Shown here one piece after another: positions 1 through 10,764 of a DNA stretch of 56,853 bases. The stretch lies in the NCBI GenBank assembly GCA_009602725.1, contig WELB01000006.1, positions 1,467,552-1,524,404 on the forward strand. Direction: 5' to 3'. Numbering within the stretch: position 1 is the stretch's first letter; every line of letters starts with the position of its first letter. A model generated the notes under the pieces. The model did no database searches and had not been told where the DNA came from. It saw nothing but the letters and a program-made list of their open reading frames with translations. The position numbers were made by a program, and so were the translations under genes. Source of the DNA: Spirogloea muscicola. Its lineage: Eukaryota.

Positions 1-267
1 TAGGCAGCCGGCATACCCATCTGGGCTGGAAGCATATCCTCGCGTCGTGCATATCCCAGACTCGCTATGTTCTCAAGTAGGGTATGGAAGCGAGGACCCA
101 AGCAGCCGAAAGTGTCGATTGCGGCCGGGAGAAGGTGGTCGCTGCGGGGGTAGTCAGAGTAGTGTCGGAGCTTTCTCTGCTCAGCACCTCCCACTGCGTG
201 GCCAGCAATGTGTGTGGAAGCGGAACTCTTGTATGCCTCGGTCACCACCACATCCACCAAGGCTCGT
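1..267 (-). mobile_element. Family A RLE retrotransposon fragment (endonuclease region)
   Basis: Near-identical reverse complement of about 28711-28978 (VVVTEAYK..AIDTFGCLG region). Confidence 0.9.
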
Positions 268-1627
268 ATGGGCGGGAGCGGAAACAGCAGCTGGGAGAAG
301 GCGGGGCGCATGAATTGAAATGGAGGCCAATTCAAGCCGATACATTGTTCAGGCAGAGTCTAGGGCAAACTAAACAGGGCTACATGATACGGAGACCTAA
401 ACTAAGGTGCCTAAGGTGACAAGCTTGCTGGGGGAGCAAGCTTGGGGGTGCTGAGGGCGTTGGTTGTGAAGCAGCTCTTCAAACCAAACATACTCGTCCA
501 GTAGAGGGCGATGGCTGTGATCGGCCAGCCCACTTAAAATGGGCGAAGTTTGAAGGGGCCAAAAAAGAAGTGGCTCTCCCAATGGCTCTCCCAATGGAAG
601 ATTTTGTGTATTTGAAACGAACGAATGGGGGCAATGGCTGTGAAAAGAAGAAAGTGCTCGCCCATAGAGAAGAGGGGCTGGCAAAGGCAGCCCAAACAGA
701 ATGGACAATGTCCAAAGCCAAAGACAGAAGTGCTCGCCCCGCCCATAGAGAAGAGGGCTGGCAAAGCCAGCCCAAAAAGAATGGACAATGTCCAAAGCCA
801 AAGAAAGAGGTGCCGAAAAAGGACAACACGACCAAACACGACAACGCACTAGGGAAGCTCAGTACCTCTCGAGTGAGCAACATTAGGTCCGAGTAGCTCG
901 TTGCAGAAGTAAGAAGAAAGTGCTCGCTCATTGAAAACATGGGCTGGAAAAGCCAGCCCAAAAAAGAATGAACAAAGTACGAGAAGGGGGCCAGGGGAAG
1001 CGCTACGAAAAACAAGCACACTAAGAAACAAAGCAGCTACGAGTCACTCAGTAACCCCTGCTAAGCAACCGCAGATCAGATATGCTAGGCTCCTGGAAGT
1101 GGGTCCCCTGGCCAGAGCCAGAGGCAGGGAGGAGGCACTCCGCCGAGATCCAGAGGCGGCGGCCAGCTTGTAGCTGCTAAACGCTTGTATGGGCGAGCAC
1201 CTTCTTTCTTCTTGTAGGCCCTCCGAACCTTGGTCTATTTTTTTGCTGGCTTTTCCAACCCCTACCCTCAATGGACGAGCACTTCTTTTTCGCAGCCCTT
1301 GCCCCCATAGGGAGTGCCACTTCCGTAATGATCCGTAGCTGCTTTATTTCTCTGTGTGCTTGATTTTCTTAGAGCTTCCCCTTCTCTCTTTCGCAGCCCT
1401 TGCCCCCGTTGGGAGTGCTTCTTCTTGACAGAGCACGTCCTGCTCGCGTGTGGGCGGCGTGGGCAAGGGATCGTTGGAACGATACCGTGAAACCGGCGCG
1501 TGTCCGTCACAACCGCCAGGCGCATGCCGAAGACCTGGGCTAACGAACCGGCGGCGTGGAAGCCGGGCAGCGCCCCTAGCAGACCCGGCCGCCGGTCGAT
1601 GGGCCTGACGGGCAAGCCGCTGGAGGA

Positions 1628-2284
1628 AAGGTGTGTATTAAGAGATGGAAAGGCCATCTGTGGCCAAGTACAAAGGCAAGCACCAACACCCACAATGTCC
1701 AGGGTGCGACTGTGATGGCGACCCTGGGAATCTGTGGTGATGGGCATTACATTGCTTACTTCCACAATGGCGCGGTAGCCGGCGTCGCACATCAAGCCCG
1801 CCAGGGCGTCTCGTAGGAGATTGTGGACGCCCACCACCTCAGGGCCTGTGGGACACCGCAGCATGTGGGTGACTAGGTCTCCGCCCTCCGCACGAAAGCC
1901 ACACTCGCACTGAGTTACTCCAGTCACGCAGGTCGGGGGCAGGCCCAGGAACAGCTGGGGAAGCGTCCGGAATGCTTCAGGGCTGATTTTGAAAGCGTGG
2001 ATTGCGTGTGTGGTGAGCCAATCCGTTGCCCCAGGCGTTGCGAGCGATGTGAGACGTGCCAGACTCCTTGAATTGGTCTTGATATCCGGCATCGTCCTCA
2101 ACGCCTTGCGACGCTCGTCCTCAACTGCAGCAACGAGTCTGGCCTGTGCAGCTTTGTCTGGTGCTTGAGCAAACGCTGAGAAGGGGGTGAGGAGGGGTTG
2201 TAGGGAGGGGAAGGAGCAGAGTGCTGACTTCCGTATGCTCCTCAATTGCACATGGAATGCCAAGGAGCCTTCCTCCACTTCCAC
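1628..2284 (-). mobile_element. Family A copy, 5'-truncated and internally deleted, nested in a family B element
   Basis: Matches about 28095-28691 joined to about 29187-29239. Flanked by the direct repeat CTGGAGGA at 1620-1627 and 2285-2292. Family B sequence resumes exactly across the insert (compare 39620-39660). Confidence 0.85.
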
Positions 2285-5200
2285 CTGGAGGAGATCCAGC
2301 CAGCGGCTGCCGAAAGCCCCGTGAACGTCGATCGTCAGGCCCGTGAAGTCGTCACCAACCGGGTGGTCTGCATATCTTCGCCTCTTACCCCGGGCCGCCA
2401 GGCCGACCGCATGCCCTGCAAACGACGCCGACCTGGTGGAATTGACGCAGGCGAAGCAGTCAGTTGTCACCACCTCGGCGATGATGCGGGACCGCCGCCG
2501 GGCCCAAAGCCAAGCCCAAAAAGCATGGACAATGTCCAAAGCCAAAGAAAGCGAAAGCGCGGCCAGATTGACTGTTGGCTGGGAAAGGCCAGCCAAAGGA
2601 ATGGACAAGGTCCGAAGGAGCCTGATTGCAAAGGACTAGGACTAAGACATCAGCCAGGGAGAAGAAAGAGGTGCCGAAAAGGGACTCACTACAAACCACG
2701 GCCAAAAAACACACGACGATGCAAAGGAAAACTCAATACCCGCGAGTGAGCAACATCAGGTCGGAATAAAGAAAGGAAGTGCTCGCCCATTGAGGAATTG
2801 CTTGCTGCAGGGAACGAGGCACTCCGCCGAGACCCAGAGGCGGCTGTGAAAAGCCAGCCCGAAAAGAATTGACAAAGGTTCGAAGGGGTCTAAACCGCCG
2901 TCAGAACGGGTGTAGAATGAATTACTCAGTAGAGATGAGTGATGAGCCTCAAATCCGACAGAAGCTGCCTGAAAGCAATCCCCCAGACCAGCCCCGATCC
3001 TCAAAGGGCGCGCCCTTCTCCCTGACGATAGCCAGAGGCTGCAGCGAGAGCACGGCCAGCACGCAGATGCAAGGCGTGGGCCATGAACCGCTGGAGGGAG
3101 ATTGACTTCTCGCACTGTTCGGTTTTTTGGGCTGGCCTTTCCAGCCCCTATCCTCAATGGGCGAGCCCTTTCTTCTTGATTGACAGACGCATGCGACAGA
3201 CTTGGGCCAGCGAGCCAGCGGCGTTGGAGTCAGCCGGCTTCTTTGCCGGCTCACCTCGCCTGCGGGACACAGCGCGCCGCGCAAGCCTGGCGAGCAGGTC
3301 GAGCCACTGGGACGCGAGAGCCCCGTGCACATCCACGGCCAGGTGTACGAACTCGTCCCTGGCAGGGTGGTCTGCAGACCTTGCCGCCTTGCCGCGAGCG
3401 GCGTTCGCCGCTGCTCGGCCAGCCCTCTAGGCAGAAAGCCCCGGATTGGCTCGATCCACCACATCGGTGGTGACCACATCGTCGATGACGCGCGGGCCGC
3501 CGCCCGGAGTGGACGCCACCAGGTCGACAACGAAAAGAGCAGCTGGGGGCGTTGGTTGGGCTCTGCTCAAAGGCTGGACATGCAGCTGTGAACGCCGCTC
3601 GTGGCAAAGCGGCTAGTTACGCTGACGCGGAAGGGGACGAGTTCGTCCCACTGGCCGTCGAAGTGCACGTGGCTTGTAAGTCTCAGCGGCTAGACCTGTT
3701 GGCCCGGCTTGCAGGATGCGCTGAGTCCCGCAGGCGAGGTGAGCAGACCGACTTCAACGCCGCTGGCTCGCAGCTCAGGTCTTTTGTATGCGCCTCTAGA
3801 TCTCACTCCAGCCGTCCATGGCCCACGCCTTGCACCTCGTGCTGGCCGTGCTCTAGCTGCAGCTTCTGGCTGTTGTCAGGGGGATTGCTTTTTAGCTGCT
3901 AGTCTTTCTTTTCTGCGGCTCCTTACACACGTTACCAAGTGGTTCATCCTACCGGCCAAGCTCTGAGACAGCGCTTTTGGCCTCTTCGGGGTTTTGTCAG
4001 TTCGTATGGGCTGGCCACCCTTGCCTCCTTTGGGAGAGCCAAACTCCTTTACAGCCCCCGCCCCCTTTAGAAGTGCTCACTTCCTTTGTGCTTGGCCACT
4101 CAGGCCCTCCGTCAATTAAATACACACTCCATTTTTTGGCCCCTTCGATCTTGTTCACTAATTTTGTGAGCTGGCCAATCACTACTACTCAAGAGTTTTT
4201 GTTTGAAAGAGCTGCTTCACATTGGAGCGGTCAACCACATTTTGGGTGACCACGTCGCCTATGACACGCGGGCCGTCGCCCGGCGTGGTGGCCACCAGGT
4301 CGACCCGCCGAGTATCAAGTCCATCAGCCCTCTGCGCTATCTCAAAACGGGGCAAGGAAGGATTACTCATTAATGACGAGTGAGGAGCCTTAGATCCGAC
4401 AAACTAGCTGGCGGGAAACCATCCGCCTGACATTAGCCAGAGGCAGCAGCGAGAGCACGGCCAGCACGCAGGTGCAAAGCGTGGGCCATGAACCGTTAAG
4501 AAGAAAGGGCTCGTTCCCCTGGCTGTGGACGTGCACGGGGCTCTCGGGTCCCAGTGGCTCGAGCTGCTGGCCTGGCTTGCACGGCATGCTGTGTCCGCAG
4601 GCGCGGTGAGCCGGCCGACTTCAACGCCGCTGGCTCGTGGATCCAGGTCTATCGTATGAGATTGTCGGTCTCCCTTCAGTGGTCCATGGCCAAGCCTTGC
4701 ATCTGCGTGCTGGCCGTGCTTTCGCTGCGGCCTCCGGCTTTCGTCAGGGAATAGTTTTCCTGCAGCTAGTCTGTCGGATTTGAGGCTCCTCACTCGTAAC
4801 TACTGAGTGGTCCATCTCCCCCCCCGAACTGCCATAGCTTCTTCAGGCCCCTTCGTAGCTGCTAAGCGCTTTTTGACCCCTTGGGCCCTTTGACAACTCT
4901 TTTCGGGCTGGCTTTTCACAGCCCTTGCAGAAGCAGAAAGTGCTCGCCCATAAAGAGAGGGGCTGGCAAAGCCAGCCTAAAAAAAATGGACATGTCCAAA
5001 GCCAAAGAAAGAGGTGCCGAAAAAGGGACTACACTACAAAACACGGCAAAAATACAAGACGATGCAGAGGGAAGCTCAGTACCCGCAAATGAGCAACATC
5101 AGGTCGGAATAGCTCGATGTAGGGAAAGAGGCACTCCGCCGAGACCCAGAGGCGGCGGCCACAGCACGGCCTGCTAAGAAGGTGCTCGCCCATTGAGAAG

Positions 5201-6852
5201 AGGGGCTGGCAAAGCCAATCCAAAAGAATGGACAATGTTCAAAGCCGAAGAAAGAGGTGCTGAAAAAGGACTACACTACAAAGTGCAAGACGGTGCAGAG
5301 GGAGATGCAGATGGCTGCTCAGTATCCACGTGTGAGCAACAGCAGATCAGAGTAACTCGGAGCAGGAGAAGTGGAACTCTGCCGAGACCCGGAAGCAGCA
5401 GCCATAGCACGCTCGCGTGTGGGACGGCGTGGGCAAGGGAAAGCAAGAGCTCGCCCACAGGGAGCGTTGAAACGATATCGCCAGGCGCATTCGGTGCGAG
5501 CGAACCGGCGGCGTTGAAGCGGGCATCACCCCTGGACATTTGGACACTGTCCATTCTTTTTGAGTTGGCTTTGCCAGCCCCTCTTCTCTATGGGCGAGCT
5601 CTTCTTCCTGGCAGACCCGGCCGCCGGTCAATGGCTGACGGGCAAGCCGCTGGAGGAGATTCAGCCAGCGGCTGCCGAAGGCACCGTGGACAGCCATCGC
5701 CAGGGCCGCGATCCCCCCATTGGGAGTGCCACTTCTTCTATTGAGGATAGGAGCTGGACAAGCCAGCCCAAAACAGAATGAACAGGAATATGGAGAGGCG
5801 CATGCGGTATACCTGGGCAAACGAGCCAGCGGCGTTTAAGTCAGGAGCCACTTCTTCTGCTGATGAGAAATGTGCAGGATGGGCATGTGGGCGTGGTCTC
5901 GATCGCCACCGTGTGCCCTGCCCCCAGGAAATGCCGAACGTGGCATCCCCAAGGAGGTCATGAGCAGCCGTTCGCTCGCCTCCTTTTTGCTTTCCACAGC
6001 GCAGGACGTGCGCCGGCACGTGCGCCGCCTTTCTCCGACAAGAATGGACAAGGTCTGAACCGCGCTGAGGTCTGAAACGCGCTGAAACACAGACCTAAGC
6101 AAGAGAAGAAGTGGCACTCCTAATGGGGGCAAGGGCTGCGAAAAGCCAGCCCAAAAAGAATTCACAAAGGTTCAGAGGGGCCTAAGAGCGGTGAGCAGCT
6201 ACAAAAGAAGAAGACAAAGGGGCCTGAGGATGCAATGGTAAAACAGGGGGAGGATGGATCACTCAATAAGTACGAGTGAGGAGCAAGAGCAGGCGGGCTA
6301 CGCGTGGAGCGACCGAGCATCGTAACCGGGCCTGGCCAGATTGGCACGGGCTGCAAGCGGAGGAGAAACAATCCACGGACTGCCAGACGGACCCGACGAG
6401 GCACAAGGCGTGGGGGCGGGCTGAGACCCGGCCGGGCGTACAAATATGTCCTCCTCCGCCTCCACCGCCACCGCCGCCGCCGTCGCCGCCGCCAACAGCG
6501 CGCGCGGCGGCGCCCGCCCGGCCGGACGAGGCGCCGCCGTCCTCCTCGGACCGCCGCCGGTGCCACGGCATTGCTGTGGCGTCCCTGCGCCGTCTCCCCG
6601 CTTGGCCTCGTCCTGTCCGCCGGCGCTGCAGTGCTCCGCGCGCTTCGTGCCTGTCGCGGCGCTTTGGCGGGCCGTGGCAACAAGCTCGGCCTCCGGATGG
6701 TCGCCGCGCCAGCCGACGGCGAAGGCTGCGCCGCCGCCGCCGCCGTCCTGGCGACGCCAGCCGGGAGCGTGTGGCCAGACTCCGGCGGCGCACAAGGCTC
6801 TGCTTCCCGGCATGCTGCCGCGGCGGTCTGCTCGAGCTCGGATGATGAGCGA

Positions 6853-9800
6853 ATGGCGTTCCAGACAGCACATAGCGGGCGAGAGCCTGGGGATGTCCCA
6901 CTGCGCGACGAGCACCGGTGGATTCTCCCTGCATCTTCTGCGGAGCGCAACAGCGAGCTTCGCCTCCCAAGCGAACCGGCAAACGAGCGCGGCGGCTCTC
7001 TGCCGTGCCAGCAGGCTGTCAGCGACGAGGCAGCTCAGGACGCTTGCTGTCGCGGGAGCTCCGAACAGTGGAGGACACCATCAGCTGACAGCACTCTGTC
7101 TGCTAAGCGAGTGGCTGTGATCGGAGGAGGTGTCAGCGGCATCGCAGCCTGCAAGGTGCTGACGGAAGACGGCCACAACGTCACAGGTCAGTGGACAATG
7201 TGAGCCTCCAATAGGTGCTTGTGCATGCGCAGAGGAAGGGCAGTGTCCTTCAAGACCTCGGCAGCGGTTCTGAAAGGCTCTTCGTGCTCTGCCCTCGGCC
7301 CCGCAGTTTTTGAGGCCAGGGGCAGCATTGGCGGTATCTGGTCCCACACGTATCCGTCGACGGCGCTCCAGACTCCTAAAGAGGGTTACAGGTGACGGTT
7401 ACAGCCGTGACTGCACGTGTAGGGCCGCCGCCCACTGGTCATGGCTGGCTATGTCCGTGAGACGCACAACTGCTTCCTAACGGCCACACAGAATCTCCTT
7501 CTAAGGTAGATAGTTGAGAGGTATCCTTTTGGTATATAGGTGAGAGGTTAGGGTGCCCAGCTGCTCATGTCCTGGATGTTTTTGAAGCCGCAGCCTGGTG
7601 TGGTGGCAGGTTTTCGGACTGGCCATGGCCGGACTCGGTGCCGACATTCCCGACACATGAGCAGGTCATGGAATACCTGAGCACCTACGTCCGGCACTTC
7701 AAGCTCGGGGCAAGGTTCCGGCTGAACACCCGCGTGATGAAGATGACCAGACTCCCAGGTGAAATTGTTCAACAGGATCTGCGCACTCCGTGTCTTTAGG
7801 CCAAGATGAGTCTATGCACATTCTTCCAAAGACGGATGCTGAGAAGGAGCATGGGCAAGGACTTGTAACAGCTGATCAGGTGTCAAGAAGAGCAGGAGTT
7901 GAGACACTTACAGTGCTCGATATACTGCGCTGGGCATCTGTACAGTTGCACCTGGAGGCCAAGCAGGTTGGAGCCTGATGCTGGAAGAGCGACGACCCGG
8001 TAGCTTGCAACCTCAAGAAATAGTGCAAGAGGTGCGACTGTAAGAGATGTGTATCAGAACACTTGCAAGTCCTGAGTTGCATGCAGAGTTTATTTCAAGT
8101 TTGCATCGGTGGCATCCAATATTGGACGAATATCTGCTGATTTGCTGATTGTGTGCGTGGCACAGCAGTTCGACTTCGTTGTTATGTGCTGCGGGTGCTT
8201 TGGAGATGTTCCAAAGCTGCCATACTTTGAGCCAGGCAAAGGGCCGGAGGTTTTTCAGGGGACGACTCTACACTCAGCTCAGTACTCTGAGCTGGACAAG
8301 GTCGGCACTGAGAAGCTCCTGCATGGCAAGAAGGTTGTGGTTGTTGGCTATCAGAAGACCAGCATTGATGTAGCCATCGAGGCCGCGGAAGTGAACAGAG
8401 GTCCACACTACTTCTACCAGACCCCTGCATGCCACTGTGCTTGTGCAGGTGCCATGTGTGATGTGTTGCTCCCTTGACAGTGGCTGCAGTATATTTGTCT
8501 ATCATTGCTCCTAAAAGTCGCGTTATATGACCTTGCTGGCCTCTCTGCTCGCAGATGTCGCCCACGCCAGTTGCACACTCCTTTTTCGGAAGCCGCACTG
8601 GCTCCTCCCTCGGTCGCAGCTGCTCTATGGCCTACCCTTGAGTTACCTGATTTTGTCGCGGTTTGCGGAATTTTGGGTTTCAAAGCCAGACCAGTCACAA
8701 CTCCAGACACTCAAGCAAACACTCCTGTCGCCTTTGGTGCACTTCCGTCACCAAACCCGTGGCTTGTGTAGCAGTGTTCACTAGCCGTGCAACTTGCGCC
8801 ATCGGCAATAGTTGGGAGGACAAGGACCATTTGTTCTTGTTAGAGCAAGGCAGCGGAGCTGACTTGGGAGCTTCTGGCTTGGTGCAAGGCTGGCCGTTGG
8901 ACGCATCTACTTATGCTCAAGAAGCCTGTTTGCTGCCTCTTCTCCCCAGAGGTCACTGTACTTTGGCCTCATTGAGATGTACCTGCTTTACAACTTCCCG
9001 CTCAGGAAGTATGGGCTGGTCCCAGAGCACTCGTTTTTCCAGGACCTTTCTGCGTGCATCCTTCCCCAGCTGCCCGACAGCTTCTTCTCACTCATTGAGC
9101 AGGGAAGCATCCAGCTTCAGGTACTGGGCGCCTGATGCTGACCTTCATGTGCAGGAATATGTCAGTTGCGACTGAATTGCTTGCCAGAGCCTGAGGTCAG
9201 ATGGTCGATTGCCAAATGTGCCCCGCCCTGCAGCAAAGCAGGCTGTGGCACTTCACACGTAAGGGCGTTGCCCTGATGGGCGAGAAGGAGATTGAGGCTG
9301 ACGTGGTTCTGCTCTGCACTGGCTATGATGGCGCTTCAAAGCTCAAATCCGTACTCCCCTGTGTGTACAGGGATTGCCTAAGCACTCCAGGGGAGTGCCT
9401 CTACCTTTACCGGTGAGTGGTGCAGCCTCGACCTTGTCTAGCACTCTGACAACAGTCTCACTGCATACTATATGCAGCTGACTTCACTGCATGGTGCGCA
9501 CCTTGCCACATGCATCTTGGCCCAGAGGCACTCACCTCCTTCTTTGTCCCTGAGCCCTGGCCCCTCTACTTTTGCTTGTTGCCGATCTAGCAGGGGCATG
9601 CTTCATCCAGAAATACCGGATGTTGCCTTCCTTGGGTACCACGAAGGCCTTTCAGCGATTCAAAGTGCGGAGATGGGATCACGGTGGCTTGGGAAAGTCA
9701 CTTCTGGCACTCTGGTACTTCCTGGTGAGTCCCTGTCCTCTTGAGAATGCTCCTGAGCTGACTCCAGAAGCCATTTAATACCGGAGTGGAGGTTGGTGCT

Positions 9801-10366
9801 GTAGTTATTGTTCGCAAGACAAATTGAATGGCCTCCTTGCTGCGCAACATCTGTACCTGGCACTAACCAGAAAACCATTCTTAGCATACACAAGCTAATA
9901 AATATATCATGGTTTGGGTGCAGCTGGTGAAGTCATGGAGAGGGAGAGGCAGCATTGGCGAGCCTACAAGCAAAGGCAAACTCCATTCTTCCGTCGCGTG
10001 TCCTGCATTGCTCCAGTCCACATTTGGCATTACTCCACTCTTTGCCAAGACATGGGCTGGAACCCCCGCAGAAAGCCAGGTTTCTTGGCTAATATATTTG
10101 TCCCACACTCCAGCGTGGACTACTGCAGCCCTGCAGTAGTGGCTGATGATGAGCATGTTGCTGTGAGCTTCAATAGCCCAGCTTGCAAAGAGCAAGCACT
10201 TGTACAGGAACCTTCTGCAGTGCAGTGCCTCCACCATTGGGCCACTGAAAGGCTCCTGCAAGTCTGCGGTTGGTGGCTTGTGCTAGAGGCTACTTTCACG
10301 GGCGCCCTCAGAGGCAAAGGCAGCCGACAAGCTGGGATTCCAGTATGCGGAGCCAAGGAAGACTGA
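6853..10366 (+). CDS. FMO1: Flavin-containing monooxygenase, plant FMO1-like (multi-exon)
   Basis: FAD motif VAVIGGGVSG; VFEARGSIGGIW; FSDWPWP; FMO signature FQGTTLHSAQY; second Rossmann VVVVGYQKTSIDVA; LCTGY; LCQDMGWNPRRK. GT-AG introns are phase-consistent apart from an ambiguous 7.76-7.95 kb stretch. Start codon uncertain (6853, or an upstream in-frame ATG near 6697). Confidence 0.85.
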
Positions 10367-10764
10367 CGGCGTTTGTACATACATACATATTTTTATACCT
10401 CCTGACAATGACACCTTACCCTTTTGCGTCTGGAATGCATCAATTCAACCTGCAGGCTACGTCACTGTCTGATCTGAGTTTCGAGCAACCTTGTATTTGC
10501 AAGGGATCAGCAGAGCCACTGTATAGGGCACAGTCACAAAGTGCATACGCAGCCTGTAGCTTTTGATTGGAAAGAGTGTTGATTGTTATTGTCTTGATTC
10601 GAGGGCTGTGAGGATTGATCAAGATCAGAGCAGCATTGAGGTCCCCTCATATTCCCTTGACCTGCCAAATGGAGGTTGTTAGCTTTCACAATGCAGGAGG
10701 CCAATGAGCTGGGCACAATTGTGGTCAGAGGGGTTGTTGGAGCTGCTGCAGGTCTGTATGTCTC

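Larger units (their letters stand above)
1..6290. mobile_element. Nest of 5'-truncated CRE-like RLE non-LTR retrotransposon fragments (several families, both orientations)
   Basis: Repeated RLE C-terminal coding pieces (AGHAV..K..Y.DHP..[AT]IDVHGAFGSRWLDLL; AVEVH..SQ[WR]LDLL; RAGRALAAASG..SDLxLLTRxY-stop) followed by recurring 3' UTR modules. Pieces match 27550-29248 and 38590-42290. Internal TSDs are visible. Confidence 0.85.

Noticed and set aside
755..780. GC hairpin next to an A/T run resembling a bacterial intrinsic terminator
   Set aside because: On the element strand the U-run precedes the hairpin, and the locus is eukaryotic. Better explained as a 3' UTR stem-loop.
651..970. Recurring palindromic repeats resembling a CRISPR array
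   Set aside because: Spacing is irregular, the intervening sequences are themselves repeats, there are no cas genes, and the context is eukaryotic. They are retrotransposon 3' ends.
1268..2608. 446-aa ORF as a novel permuted nuclease gene
   Set aside because: It is a by-product of nested insertions. It starts and ends in UTR-derived sequence and its junctions coincide with TSDs.
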